A stretch of 64,000 nucleotides of DNA from Octopus vulgaris. Taxonomy: Eukaryota. The notes beneath the pieces were generated by a model. It had not been told where the DNA came from and did not search any database. It worked only from the letters and a program-made list of their open reading frames with translations. The stretch is from positions 44,020,001-44,084,000 of the forward strand of contig OX597837.1 of the NCBI GenBank assembly GCA_951406725.2, written 5' to 3'. The translations under genes and the position numbers were made by a program. This document shows positions 1 to 15,583 of the stretch, one piece after another. How positions within the stretch are numbered: the first letter of the stretch is position 1; each line of letters opens with the position of its first letter.

Positions 1-49
1 CGGAATTTGAACTTAGAATGTAAATGTCACGAAGCATTTTTTCCGATGC

Positions 50-103
<54 letters not shown>

Positions 104-999
104 TTGCTATTATGCAATGAGTGAGTGTGTGTGAAGAGGGGGTGTCTGTCTTCAAAAATCCAAAGTTGAGTAACATTTTCATGCTTGGATTTGTAAACTA
201 CGATAAGAATAACACTGGTCAACAAAGAATTTGTCCCAAAGAAAAGAATACCAGTATCTTATATGTTTTTGCATGTAGAATTCAAAAATAGTGTCAAATT
301 ATCTGTATCACCCACAGTTACTCTGTTCCACGATATCCCTTTCAGTTCCTGTTACGTGGACTAAACTTCAGTCAAACTGTTGAAATGTGAAGTTAACGGT
401 TTAAGAAATACTCCTAATTTAAATTTTTATGCATAGAATTAACCTAGTGAAATCATAAATCCAGCCATCTGAGTCAATGAGTCCCTGAAGCTTGGCAATA
501 CTGAGTCGATGAGTCACTGATGCTTTGTCAGTACTGTGCTTTGAAGCGTAGGTGTGTGGTTGTGTACTAAGTTCGTATATTCCATTCACCTTCATAATGT
601 CAAGAAACTGTTTAAACATCGCAAACAACTTTTGCTATATGTGAAAAATATGTAAAATATTAAGACAATTGACGAAAAGTATCTGTAATAGAATTTTAAT
701 TGATAAATATAAATTTTTATTAAAACAAAACACGAGGGTGAAGTAAATCCCGTGTTGTGAAGAATCAACACAACGTGCGGTTGTCATGGTAACAAGTTGT
801 TAATGTCTCGCTGTCTGTTGATTGGCTAAAATTATCCAAATTTTCCAACTTTGATTCTAAATAACATCAGATTTTTTAATTTACGAGATAAAGTAATTGG
901 TTGATTATAATAAAAATTCAGAGTTACATCGATACTCTAAAATCTGAGAAAGATTAAAGAGGGTTCATTTTGCGAATGAAAAAGACTAGATCCATATTA

Positions 1000-2690
1000 A
1001 CGATCATGGAGGTATGTTATGTGTGGGGGTAAGTTCACATTGGGATTTTTGGAAGAATTTACAAGTGCAGAAGAATTTGTGTTTACACATTGTGAAGGCT
1101 TCGTTGTGTTAAGCAATTGTGGTGAGTTATGGGTTAAAATTTTGAGGGCTTCTTTTAGGCAGAGTCCACAAGTGGTATTATTAAGAGTATTAGTAATAGT
1201 ATTATTTTCGGTAACGGTAATATCGCCATTGGCGGTAGTACTAGTATTATCGCTGCTATTATTATTAGTTGTAGTAGAGGTATTAGTAATTATAGTGGTT
1301 ATAGTATAGTTAATATTATTAGTATCAGTATTCCTATTGATACTACTGTTGGTTTCAACTGTGTGCCCATTTTCCTCCGAGGCACGGATTATGTATTATC
1401 TATGTTTAAGTGTTAGGGCCTGGGGTGTTGGATATGTTATTGCGAGCGGTGTTTGTGTTTTCGTTGTGTAGGTCTATGGTAGGGTTGTATGCATTTAGAT
1501 AGTAAGAGCTAAGTTTACATTTGTTAGATGAGGTGATAATAGATTCTATATTTGGTGTAGATGAATAGGATAATTTCAAAGTGGATCTGTTAAAGATGGA
1601 ATGATATTTGTGGTTACGTGGGAAATTAGGGTCTACTATTTTGAAGAATGCTTTAGCGAAATCCTTGACGTTTAAAGGGAATGGAGGTTTGTACCAGAGA
1701 ATAGATCTCCCACCACTTTTATTAGGCAAATTTGGGGAGGTGTAATTCCTTGTGCATGTTAGAAGAGAGTTGGAGGGTTTGATGTTAGTATTCTTAGATC
1801 GAGTCTTATGTGTGTGGGTGCTAGGCGGGTGAGGTTGCCTAATTATAGTGGGAAGATTTGGCTATCCAATATGCGGGTTCTCTCGTCTAGGGTTAAGTTT
1901 AGAGAGGTATTCCTTAGATCTAGTGTTGATTATAAATCTAATTTTCTGGAGATTTATAAGATTGGTTGCAGTAAGTGGCGTAATTATTGAAGATTTCTTC
2001 GGTGGCGGAAAGATCGGATATTCTGATGGATATACCTTTGATTATATTCTCGAAAGTAGTATTATGGTGGTTAGATGCCGTGTTGATGTACTTAATGCAC
2101 TGATTGGGTTTATGATATGGGAAGTAAAGTGAAGAATTTAAATCCAAAGTAACATCTAGAAAGTTTGCTGTCATGTAAGAGATTTCAAAAGATATAGATT
2201 GGTTAAAGTTGGCGAATAATTTTTGTAAGAGTTTTCAAAAGAGATAGATAAGCTAAAGTTGGCAGAAAATTTATGTAAGAGTTTTCTAGTTTTTTCTAAT
2301 GCAGATTTTGTTAAGCCTGTTGCAATTAATAATGCATCATCTCAATATAAACCTCCTTTGATGTGCGGAAATTGTGTACGAAGCTGATGAAGGAATTGTA
2401 GTCCGACTTGGTCTGTGACCTGAGCGGAGTCGGATGAGCCCATGGTTATATCAAAGAAGTTGATTCTATTAGTATTGAGGTTAGCACAGGATCAAAGCTT
2501 ATTATCGAAGGATATGAGAGTCTGTCTTGGAAGATAGAATTACATCCATTTCTAAGGAGATTATGTTGGTTAGGGTTTTAGCTAGCATCAGGGCGTCTTT
2601 AAGAAGGATTGGTGATATGGAGGCGAAGTAGCTGTTGATGTCAAATTGTAGGAATGAGAATGCATTTTTGTTTTGAAGCAGGTGTATATT
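1000..2690 (-). mobile_element. Decayed Penelope-like retroelement, reverse transcriptase region
   Basis: Minus-strand fragments FDINSYFASI, FFDITMGSSDSAQV, GGLY*DD (YRDD-like), ANFLDVTLDLN..YHKPN..YINTASNH and WYKPPF..FNRSTLKLSYSSTPNI are typical of Penelope RT and linker; contains stops and frameshifts. Confidence 0.85.
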
Positions 2691-2712
2691 AAAAATGGTG
2701 AAGACCGGTTTA

Positions 2713-2775
2713 TGAGATTACCTTAGGTTTCCCGTCTATAAAGGGTTTAGCTTTACGGCATATCATCAGATCCCA
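2713..2775 (-). ncRNA. Type I hammerhead-like motif upstream of the Penelope fragment
   Basis: TGGGAT-CTGATGA-(TATG)CCGT..ACGG-GAAAC-CTAAG-GTA-ATCTCA; 6-bp stem I, near-palindromic stem III, 4-nt insertion after the core. Confidence 0.6.
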
Positions 2776-2795
2776 GAATTCTATTGACCCATGAC

Positions 2796-2940
2796 CCGTA
2801 ACTTAGCGGTACAGCGGAAGGCTCCGATAGAATAAGTATTATGCTTACAAAGAGTAAGTCCTGGGGTCGATTTCTTCGACTAAAGGCGGTGCTCCAGCAT
2901 GGCCGCAGTCAAATGACTGAAACAAGTAAAAGAATAAAAG
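2796..2940 (+). mobile_element. 3' part of tRNA-derived SINE (family C)
   Basis: Matches the tail of the full copy at 59125-59550 (gtcgatt..cgactaaaggcggtgctccagcatggccgcagtc). Confidence 0.8.
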
Positions 2941-3145
2941 AATATACATATACGAGTTCGTGTGTCTTTGTGTTTCTACCACTACCATTGCCGTCAAACA
3001 ACTAGTGTTAGTTTCTCTACGTCCCTATAACTTAGCGGTTCGGCAAAGTGATCGATGGAATAAGTACGAGACTTTAAAAGAAAAATAAGTGCTGAGGTCA
3101 CTACATTATAGCTATTTTATAAATGCCATATATCCTGATATTACC

Positions 3146-3147
<2 letters not shown>

Positions 3148-3208
<61 letters not shown>

Positions 3209-3407
3209 AAGAAGAAGAAGAAGAAGAAGAAGAAGAAGGAGGAGACGAGGAAGGTGGAAGAAAAAGAAGAAGAAGAAGAAGAAGAAGAAGAAGAAGAAGA
3301 AGAAGAAGAAGAAGAAGAAGAAGAAGAAGAAGAAGAAGAAGAAGAAGAAGAAGAAGAAGAAGAAGAAGAAGAAGAAGAAGAAGAAGAAGAAGAAGAAGAA
3401 GAAGAAG
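3148..3407 (+). repeat. (TAA)n-(GAA)n compound microsatellite
   Basis: Directly visible. Confidence 0.98.
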
Positions 3408-3749
3408 ACCACTTCACAATGTTTGTGTTCTTCGGCAGTTCAGTGCTAAATAGATGAGAAGGCCTGAAAATGCAGATCTGACTCGCACCTGGAGCGTTTG
3501 GTTGATTGTTGAGAAATACGATCTTGTGTAGGCAGGATCCAAGAGAAGAAACGATTACACTAAATGATTCTGATGAAGATATCACAAAACGTGTTGTTGC
3601 TGGGCAGTATAGTATCAGATAGATCAAAGGCCCACAAAATGAAAGTTGCGGTAGAATCTAGAGGAGCGTTTGAAAGCGTGTGAAACACTATCTGGAGCAG
3701 GCAGGTTCCTTGCGAAGAAACTATATACTGAATAGTTCTGAAGAAGACG

Positions 3750-4220
3750 GGGAAAAGCTTCTTTATCGACAGTAAATGCCAAATAGATTAGACCAGATGC
3801 CCTGAAAAGGTGTGGCACGATAACATCTAGAACGCTTGAAAGACTATGAAATACCATCGAGAGTGAATAGGATGTCAGCACCTGTTCAAAATTAGATTTT
3901 AGTTTTCTAATTGCTACATACGCTTCGGAAAGGCGGACTCTAAAATTTGAATACACATGCAGACTAAAGGTTTTTGAAATGTGGTGTTGGCAGTCCAGAT
4001 TAAGGTTATCATTACGAGACGTAAATAAAAGATTTTCAAATGATAATCGTTGCTGTGGTAGATATTGGGACGGAAGAGCTTCAAATGGTTTGGCCTTATA
4101 ATCAGAAAACCATGCAATGGCTATGTTGTGCCGCCGTTCCACCAAGACTTCTTAAAACCCAGACTGCCGGGAACCACTAAGAAGAGGACCAATCAGAGAC
4201 ACAAGGATCTAGAGAGAAAT
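3750..4220 (+). mobile_element. Degenerate RTE-clade LINE fragment (C-terminal RT)
   Basis: IATYASERRTLK..RLKVFEMWCW and KWFGLIIR resemble RTE motifs YGCESWTL/FEMWC/WFGHI. Confidence 0.65.
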
Positions 4221-4235
4221 GGGCATATACATATT

Positions 4236-4272
<37 letters not shown>

Positions 4273-4434
4273 GTATATATATATATAGTGTACATTTAAA
4301 TACATAAAGAATCCACTCGTGGAATTCATAGGTTCTATAGCCACAAAATTAGGGATAAAATTCAACGAAAAAAATTTTACACGTTAGGCCACTGGAAGTG
4401 AAAATTTTAATTAATTTTCCATTTCCCTTTATAT

Positions 4435-4514
<80 letters not shown>

Positions 4515-4574
4515 TGCATATATATATACGTACATATATATATTCATATATATATTCATGCATATATATATATA

Positions 4575-4626
<52 letters not shown>

Positions 4627-5399
4627 CATGCATACAGACAGACAGACAGACAGACAGGCAGGCAGGCAGGCATACACATTTATAGATGGTTGAGTGCATA
4701 TGTATAAGTAAGTATGCAAATACGCGCACCCTCCCTCATACCCTTGCTCATACATCTCAATACAAATATAAAATTTCAGCTTGTTTCTATTCTCCCTAAA
4801 TACGTTTTTCATCTGAAACTAAAAGCTGATTATTTTCCTAGATATTTTCCCTGTTACAAAGTTCATTAATTTATTTTATGTATCCTCATTTATGACTTAT
4901 GTATGACATTTCATATAACAGCGTAGCACATCAATATTTCATAAATCCATGATTCTGTCATCAGAAAAACAAACAAACAGGATCAAATTGTTCTTTTTTA
5001 TATTTTATTTTACTTGGGAATAAAGGAATAAATTAGTGTTCAGAAAGATATCAAAATGTATCTGTGGATATCTAACAAGTTTCGTCTCGCTCATTAGATA
5101 TATCCACAAATATCTAAATGACCACAGTTTGGCAACTCTTCAAAATAATATTTTAGGATTCCTTCTGCTGCACCCGTATTTGTTTCAAATAATAACGTAA
5201 ACAATTTCGAGCCCAGTGCCTAGAAAAGAAAAGAGCATTATCTACAATTTACATAAAGATCTGTATGCCTTTTGTTCATGTGTCTGTTGTTCCGTTCGTC
5301 TATAATAGGTTTGTATGCAAACATGGCGTCGGAAGCAAAACGTGACCAGTTCGTCGCTTTGAAACCAGCTGGAGTGTGCAACACAGACATAACAAAACA

Positions 5400-5720
5400 G
5401 TTGAATTCCGCCCAGGTCGACTTTGCCTTTCATCCTTTCGGGGTCGATTAGATCGACCCCAGTATACAACTGATATTTAATTTATCGACTCCGAAAGGAT
5501 GAAAGGCAAAGTCGACTTCGGTGGAATTTGGACTCAGAACGTAAAGACAGACGAAATAAAGCTAAGCATTTCGCCCGGCGTGCTAACGTTTCTAACTTCT
5601 TTACTACCCACAAGGGGCTAAACATAGAGGGGACAAACATGGACAGACAAAGGGATTTAATCGATTACATCGCCCCCAGTGCGCAACTGATACTAACGTT
5701 TCTGCCAGCTCGCAGCCTTA
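5400..5720 (-). mobile_element. Rearranged copies of the SINE with a Deu/Nin-like central domain (family B)
   Basis: gtcgactttgcctttcatcctttcggggtcga core present in both orientations. Confidence 0.8.
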
Positions 5721-5810
5721 ATTTGCAGATAATATTACCTGAACCGATATTCGTTAGGAAGAGTTTTGAACATGGGTAAATCCTTCTGGGAAATCTTTCT
5801 GGGACACCCA

Positions 5811-5853
<43 letters not shown>

Positions 5854-6108
5854 CATATGCACCTATATAGGGTGTTTCTTTATCAAAAAGCGACCTACGA
5901 GTCTGTTGCCGTATAACGTTCCCAAAATTTAAGTTTCAACACACACAACACACACAATATATGTGCGTATGCATGCATTGCATGTATGTATGTGTACATA
6001 TGTGTACACATACACAAGCACAAATGCACGCATTTACATGCACAGCCGCTTACAAATACACTCACACACTCCTTTCAGTTCGATGTTAACACCTGTGTGC
6101 GTACAAAT

Positions 6109-6162
<54 letters not shown>

Positions 6163-6389
6163 TGATTGATTGATAGATAGATTGATAGATAGATAGATAG
6201 AGATACAAATATGTATACATATATATGTATATACGTATGTCTCTGTGTGTATATATATGCATACATACATATATATATATACATACATATATATATATAT
6301 AGACATATACATATATATATATACATACATATATATATAGACATATACACATAGATACATACATGCATACATAGATGTGTGTGTGTGTA

Positions 6390-7402
<1,013 letters not shown>

Positions 7403-7643
7403 CACACATGCATATATGGGTAGAGGACGTCACCAACAGTAAACAACATGAAATGCGAAAACAAATGAGTTCAATACGCAAACAACGAGAGAAACAAATG
7501 GAAAACAGGACAAGTAACACAGAGAACGACCCTTCATCAGTTGTCGGCTGTGTATCTACTCCTCATTCCAAATACTGAACGATATACATACATATATACA
7601 TACATACACGTATATACATATATATATAAAGATGCATATATAA

Positions 7644-7735
<92 letters not shown>

Positions 7736-8325
7736 AAGTGTTATTCCAAAGCAGTAATTAGGCCGCTAACATAATAAAGTATTCAAGGCAATTACCACTG
7801 CTCGGTGCAAATATTTTTTTAAAATTAAGACTGTTAGTGTTGCTTCAAATTTGAAAATCTTTTTCTAAGACGATAGTACAACTCGCACTTCGTAAATTCA
7901 CACTGGACTTGAATTGTTCGAATAAAACCGTCAAGGTTTTCAAATGAATGAAGCAAATAAACGATTATATATCTGCTAGTGGGACCTGTGGAAATTCCAC
8001 AGAGCGAAAAAGATAAAGAGAAGCTATTGAAGAAAGAAAGTTATTCACATCCAGTCACAATAACATAAAATTTATGATTTTAAAATTTTCCTCTGCTGAG
8101 CCCTTTATATCACTCTCTTTCTCTCTGCTTCTTCAACAAGCTTTCTAACTGCGCAATTCTCCTTTTCGTGTCACTAACATTTCTCTCTTTCTCTTGACCT
8201 TTCTCTCCCCACCCTACAGCACGTCATTAACACTTCTCTCTCCCGGTTTTCTCTCACCGTTTTTTTCTCTCGTTCTTCGCCTCTCCCTTCGACTAACAAC
8301 GTGATGCATTTGGCCTTATTATACG

Positions 8326-8407
<82 letters not shown>

Positions 8408-8619
8408 TGCATCTGATAGCATAAAAGACTCGTGGTATTAAAAGAGCGAAACTTAGCGGTTCGGCTCAAGTGACCGATAGAATAAGTACTAGGCTTACAA
8501 AGAATAAGTCCTGAGGTCGATTTGTTCGACTAAAGTCGGTGCTCCAGCGTGGCCGCAGTCAAATGGCTAAAACTAGTAAAAGAGTAAAAGAGTAAGACTG
8601 CCATATATCTATAAAGACA

Positions 8620-9066
8620 TTACGTATCTAGTTTGGTGTCGTTGTACCATTTGCGCCCAGAATTATTGCTGAAGATCTGAACATGAGGAAAATTTGTGCA
8701 AAATTTGTTCCCAGGTTGCTCAGCGAATAATTACCAACTATTTGACAGAGAATGGTACACAAATTGTCCCTCACCCTCCCTAAGTCCACATCCTGCTCCT
8801 TGTGACTCTTGGTTGTTCTCCAAGCCGAAGGAGTACCACAGGAGCAGCCGTTTTGAAGGTGAAGGTGAAGGAGACTATGGCAAGGGCCCTGGACACTTTC
8901 ACTTGGAAAGCCTCCATGGTGCCTTTACAAAATGGCTGGAGTGCTGCAAGAGTTACACTGAAGTCAAAGGATCCTAATTTGAAGCAAATTAGAGTTTCGT
9001 ACTTCTTTCAAATTAATAAATGTCTCCTTTGAAAATGCCTTAAAACTTCTAGAACACACCTTGTAT
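8620..9066 (+). mobile_element. Degenerate mariner-like fragment
   Basis: RKICAKFVP and PHPAPCDSWLFSK resemble WVP and YSPDLAPCDF motifs; related fragment at about 37060-37450. Confidence 0.6.
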
Positions 9067-9435
9067 GGAAGCACTCCGTCGGTTACGACGACGGGGGTTC
9101 CGGTTGATCCGATCAACGGAATAGCCTGCTAGTGAAATTAACGTGCAAGTGGCTGAGCACTCCACAGACACGTGTACCCTTAACGCAGTTCTCGGGGATA
9201 TTCAGCGTGACACAGAGAGCGACAAGGCCGGCCCTTTGAAATACAGGTACAACAGAAACAGGAAGTAAGAGTGAGAGAAAATTGTGGTGAAAGAGTACAG
9301 CAGGGATCACCACCATCCCCTGCCGAAGCCTCGTGGAGCTTTTAGGTGTTTTCGCTCAATAAACACTCACAATGGAAACCGCGATCCTACGACCGCGAGT
9401 CCGCTGCCCTAACCACTGGGCCATTGCGCCTCCAC
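9067..9435 (-). mobile_element. tRNA-derived SINE (family A) with target site duplication
   Basis: Head GTGGAGGCGCAATGGCCCAGTGG (A-box); flanked by ACACCTTGTAT duplication. Confidence 0.92.
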
Positions 9436-9820
9436 ACACCTTGTATAACCCAAACGGTAAGTTACGTTGTAGTGAGGAAAAGTACATGCTACCATAATGA
9501 GAAATTTATGAACAAAAGTGCTTCCTCGTCACCTGTATATTATACTACGAACGTGTTACATTAGACTGGAAAATTAAACTGTTTAACTCAATGAGGAAAT
9601 CTACAAATGTCATACGTCTAGAGAGCAAAACATGCGCGTACAATATCTAATGAATATTAATTGCTGTTGCTGTTACTGCTGCTGTGGCTTATGATGTTAT
9701 CGGTATTGTTGCCGTTGTTATTGTCGTTGTTTTGGCTCAACCTCTTTATTTATTTCTTTGATTATTTATTTATTTATTTTTACTGCTATTAAAGCATATT
9801 TGCGAGTGTGTGCGTGTGTC

Positions 9821-9858
<38 letters not shown>

Positions 9859-9925
9859 CATACATATATATATATATACATACATATATATATATACACA
9901 TACATATAAATATATATATACATAC

Positions 9926-9962
<37 letters not shown>

Positions 9963-10078
9963 CATACATATATATATGTATGTGTGTATGCATGTATGTA
10001 TATATATGTGTGTGTATACGTATGTATGTACATATATGTGTGTTTGTGTACGTATGTATGTACATATGTATGTACATA

Positions 10079-10134
<56 letters not shown>

Positions 10135-10200
10135 TGCACAGTCACAGACACAAACATATATATACACATATGTACAGCTATATGCGTATGATTGCATATA

Positions 10201-10267
<67 letters not shown>

Positions 10268-10739
10268 AGTGAATAGGTGTGTGTGATGGGAGTGTTAAGT
10301 GTTCAAATATGTAATACAAGCAGAGCAAAGAGAGTTCGATGCATTATGTAGAGTACACATTTGTAGGTCAGCAGTTAATAACCCCCACAAGGCCACTGCC
10401 CTGGGTTTCGTAAGGACACGCGTGTCTCAACGGACATCCGAATGATTTAATGCGTGAATACCATCCCCAAATCTCAGCTGATAATAATGGGTATGAGAGT
10501 GTGTCAGTGTTTATGCGCAGGTGTTTGTTTGTTTGTGTTTGTGTGTGTGTATGAGAGAGAGAGAGTGAGAGAGAGAGAGAGAGAGAGTTAGAGGTATTCT
10601 GATACTTCATTATGTATGTTTCAGTAATCGATAGCCAATCACATTGACTGTGTAACCTTTCATCACATAACAATTTAATCTAACTACCAATGTGTATATA
10701 TATATATATATATACATATATATATACATATATATGATG

Positions 10740-11480
10740 GCTGCCCCCTCGTTATCGAGTATGGCCATTGCACGAAGCTTAACTGTTACTGGTGCTGTGA
10801 TCGAATGTGACTTTTCAGCCCAGCTAAAGATCTACAATGTCTTGTACAGAATTGGCAGCTAAAACCTTTACCGGTAAAAAGCCGGCTGTAGTTGTAACTG
10901 GGCTTCGTGTACCTTTGCATGTCGTTTAAGTCCTCCTGCCGAATTACACTCTCTTCCACATGCCCAACAGATATGATTAATATGGTGTGTTACACCACAA
11001 CCAATGGCCAGGTTGTCACTCATCTGTCTCGCTTTATGACTACGAAGATGACTCTTTAGTCCAGCTTTACTGAGGCAGGGTCTTGCACAGACATTGCATG
11101 TCAGCATCATAGGAAGACCTTTCCCATCAGGAAGTGCAACAGAGATGCCCTTCCAGACATCCCTCCTTACTTTCTCATGTGCAACTCGAGATTTCTCAAA
11201 AGTGACTGTCCCCTCGTGCACAATCCTTCTCCACCTGCTACGATCAATAGCTATGCTTTCCTATGTGTCAGGAGAGATGCAAGCATCTCTTAAGGAAACC
11301 TTCAGCAAGTCCTTATACCTCTTTTTTGGTTTATGTGGAGGTCGTTCTCCTTTAGCTAACTTTCCATAAAAGAGTTGTTTTGGCATCCTTGAATTCTTCA
11401 TCCTGACCAGATGACCACTCTCTCTGAGCCTTTTCTTTAACGCAAGAGCTTCTATACTTTCACACCAAGAGCCTTCCAAT
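10740..11480 (-). mobile_element. RTE-clade LINE 3' fragment with two C-terminal C2H2 fingers
   Basis: [34 protein letters not shown] followed by CNVC..KSHLRSH and CWAC..KRHAKVH. Confidence 0.88.
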
Positions 11481-12276
11481 ACATATATATACAATATACA
11501 TATACATATATATACATATACATATACATATATATACATATATATACATATATACATATATACATATACATATATATACATATACATAAATATGCATACA
11601 TATACATACATATACATTTACATATACATATATACATATACATATATATATATATATATAAAATGTAATTAGAAATATTAACGCGGTGGGGAAAAGAAAA
11701 GTACCGGAGACAATTCTAGGCATGTTTTGATGTTATTAAACCTCGTTAGCGAAGAGCAGTCGTCACTGTCTATGTTGAGGTAGTAATGAGAGAATCATTT
11801 GGGTATGGTTTTGGAAGGTCTGTACCAGTCCCCATGCAGCAACTCTTTCGTCTTCACCCCACCGATATTGCCCAAAAAGCCGATACAGCTTCGCTATACT
11901 TGCAGAGTAATCAGATCCGGAGCAAATACCACAAACACCTATCCGGTATTCTGGTGATTCTACCAATCCGCAGTCCCGGAGAAGTACAGAGTTTGAAAGT
12001 TAGAGGAGGTTGAGATGGGGGGTGCAGTCAATTACATCGGCCACAGTAACTTGACTGGTAACTTATTTTTGTTTTTTTTTCGATTCTGTAAGGCTGAAAA
12101 GCAAGGTTGACATTCGAACTGGAAGCAATACCGCTAAGCATTGTGTCCGATGCACTAACAATCCTGCCAGTTCGGTTTCCGAGTTAAAAGGCCAACAATT
12201 TTGAGGGGAGGGGTTAGTTGACACCATCGACTTATACCTGTATTTAATTCAGTGTTTCTCAGCTATTTTTTTTATA

Positions 12277-12661
12277 TGGAAGCACTCCGTCGGTTACGAC
12301 GACGAGGGTTCCGGTTGATCCGAATCAACGGAACAGCCTGCTCGCGAAATTAACGTGTAAGTGGCTGACCACTCCACAGACACGTGTACCCTTAACGCAG
12401 TTCTCAGGGATATTCAGCGTGACACAGAGAGTGACAAGGCCGGCCCTTTGAAATACAGGTACAACAGAAACAGGAAGTAAGAGTGAGAGAAAGTTGTGGT
12501 GAAAGAGTACAGCAGGGATCACCACCATCCCCTGCCGGAGCCGCGTGGAGCTTTAGAAGTATCCGCTCAATAAACACTCACAACGCTCGGTCTGGGAATC
12601 GACACCGCGATCCTATGACCGCGAGTCCGCTGCCCTAACCACTGGGCCATTGCGCCTCCAC
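12277..12661 (-). mobile_element. SINE family A, full length
   Basis: Near-identical to the 9067-9435 and 36606-36992 copies; flanked by ctattttt; possibly nested in a hAT-like MITE (cagtgtttctc 12250 ... gagaaccattg 12998). Confidence 0.9.
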
Positions 12662-14141
12662 TATTTTTTTACCTATTTTACTGCGATGGACCCTCCTGGA
12701 ATTGCTTTGATTCCTATTTTACTGGGATAGACCGTTCGATGTTTGGAAAATTCCTACATTTTTTTATAATTTGATCATATTAAGAATACACAAAGCAGGC
12801 AACGACTTCAACCGTGGGGCACTTAAAATTTAACTCTTGTCAGCAATTTTTCCACACGCGTCCACTGTAGAAGTGTAACAAAATTTTTGCAGATAGATTT
12901 TAACAGGAAAATCTTATATGGTCCCTACCAAGGACCATATGGACTCCAGTAGCCATATGGAGCCCAATGGCCAAATGAGCCTCTGTTGAGAACCATTGAT
13001 GATACTTTTTTTTCTTTTTTGGATCCCAGATAGAAGAAATGCAAAGTTAGCCTCGGAAAGATTTGAACTCAGAATGTAAAGAGTCGGAAGAAATACCACA
13101 AAGTATTTCTTCCAATACTCTACCGATTCTGCCAGACCGCCGTCTTGACACGAGAATGTAGTGAATCTTAAAACGAGGACCAGAGTCCCAAATTTTGTTG
13201 GAAGGGGTCGATTTATAGTCAACGATGTCGTCTCTCGTACGTTGTGTACTAAATGAAATTCGTTCACTCGTGCTTAATTTTATCGACCTTCGGAGGGTAA
13301 AATGTACGGCTGACCTACATGGGGTTTGACCTGAGAGCATAAACATAACCAAATAATTTCTATCGTAGGTCAACTCTTACTAGAAAGAAAGATAAATGCA
13401 AAGTCTCGAGACGAAATCCTAGAACAAACTGGTAAGGGAACAACAAGGATTGGACGAAACCAGTGATTTTCAACCATTTGTTAACCCTTCGATTCCTATT
13501 TTTTATATAAATATATCATATATCATATAGGAGTGGCTGTGTGGTAAGAAACTTACTTCCCAACCACATAGTTCCGGGTTCAGTCCCACTGTGTGGCACC
13601 TTGTACTAGCGTCTTCTACTATGCTCTCGGGCCGACCAAAGCCGTGTGAGTGGATTTGGTAGACAGAAACTGAAAGAAACCCGTCGTATATATATATATA
13701 TATGTTTGTGTGTCTGTGTTTGCACTTAACTATATACCGACCCTTCACTCCACCGCAGAAGAAGGAAGGATATGTTCTATGCTCTACGAAGGATTTGAAC
13801 CCCTGAACCCCTGAATATAAAAGGACGCAATGAAACAATGAAGGTGATTTTATCCCTCACCTTAGTGATTGCGCCAATCCACCGGCCGGTCCTTTATCTT
13901 CTACTTGTTCCAGTCATTGGATTGCAGCCAGAGCTGATCGCTCCCCCCACCCCAGTACTTTTTTTTTTGTAAAGACTGGTATTTGTGCTATCAATATATT
14001 TTACCCGAACCGGTGTGTTACAGTGACATAAGGAAACCAACACCGGTTTTGAATCGGTGGGCTGGGAGAAAAAAACACGCACACACAGACCACACATACA
14101 CACACGCAAACACACACACATACACAGACACACAGACACAT

Positions 14142-14190
<49 letters not shown>

Positions 14191-14281
14191 GTAATGGTGT
14201 ATTAAAGTATTGATTGGGTATCATCGGATAGTTGATGTTTTATTGATTTAAGTATGTTTCTCCATTCTCTAATTTTGTAGT

Positions 14282-14322
<41 letters not shown>

Positions 14323-15111
14323 AGATACGATGAGTTTCCACAGTTTCCGTCTACCAAATTCACTCACAAGGCATTACTCGACCCGTGGTTACAGTAGCAG
14401 ACAACTGCCCAAGGTGCCACGCAATGAGACTGAACCCGGAAGCATGTGGTTGGGAAGCAAGCTTATTAACCACGCATCCATATCTGCACGTATGAGAACA
14501 TAATTAAGTATACAAAATAAATAAACATCGACAAAAAAACTAGAGCCCTCTCTGTTTTTGGGGTTTTTTTTTCTTCCAAAGAACCCCTTAGGACAATTGC
14601 TCTGTGCCGCTTTATAGACACACAATCCCTCTTGCCACTGTGTTTCCTCAGAAATCCTGTGAATTAGATATAGTTTGTTGGAAGCCTGTAACCAACGACG
14701 CTATAGTTCACTAATTGCCATGTAATGTATATATACATAAACGTTAATAGTAACATCATTACCAGGTTTATTATTTTATACTAACTCTGATGGCATTGAC
14801 TAATATATACAGTAACGGATGGTAATTTCCTTGCACTCGCTAACACCTTCGTGGTTTGGCACCGGGTATATCGTGTATATAGACGTATTTGAAATTGAAA
14901 TAGATTCGGATTGCTATCCACCCGGATAGGTGTGTTACCGGTCGTGTAACCCTGATGTGAATCTGAGAGTTATTGCTGCTGGAAAATATACGCTTACACA
15001 CACGCGCGTCAGCACACACACACACACACACAGATGTTCTCATAAATATATATACATACACACGCGAGCACATACACATGTATATATAAACGCACACACA
15101 CACACACACAT

Positions 15112-15229
<118 letters not shown>

Positions 15230-15273
15230 TGGCAGACATACAGACAGACAGACTGGCAGACAGACAGGCACCC

Positions 15274-15348
<75 letters not shown>

Positions 15349-15405
15349 AAGACAGACAGACAGACAGACAGAAAGACAGACAGACAGAAAGACAGACAGA
15401 CAGAC

Positions 15406-15479
<74 letters not shown>

Positions 15480-15509
15480 GCAGACAGGCAGGCAGGCAGG
15501 CAAACAGGC

Positions 15510-15583
<74 letters not shown>

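Noticed and set aside
3089-3627. Poly-K/E/R/F/S ORFs
   Set aside because: Translations of a (TAA)n(GAA)n microsatellite, open in most frames
4742-4812. Possible second exon of the minus-strand gene (TTTCAG|ATGAAA...AAGG|GTATGA)
   Set aside because: Joining to the phase-2 donor gives GGA TGA, an immediate stop
7430-7550. CTGATGAAGG on the minus strand in a pLTR-like fragment
   Set aside because: No downstream stem II closure or GAAAC found; not a complete hammerhead
9758-10328. YI/HT/CV/YLSI-repeat ORFs here and throughout the window
   Set aside because: Artefacts of TA, CA, TATG and GATA microsatellites
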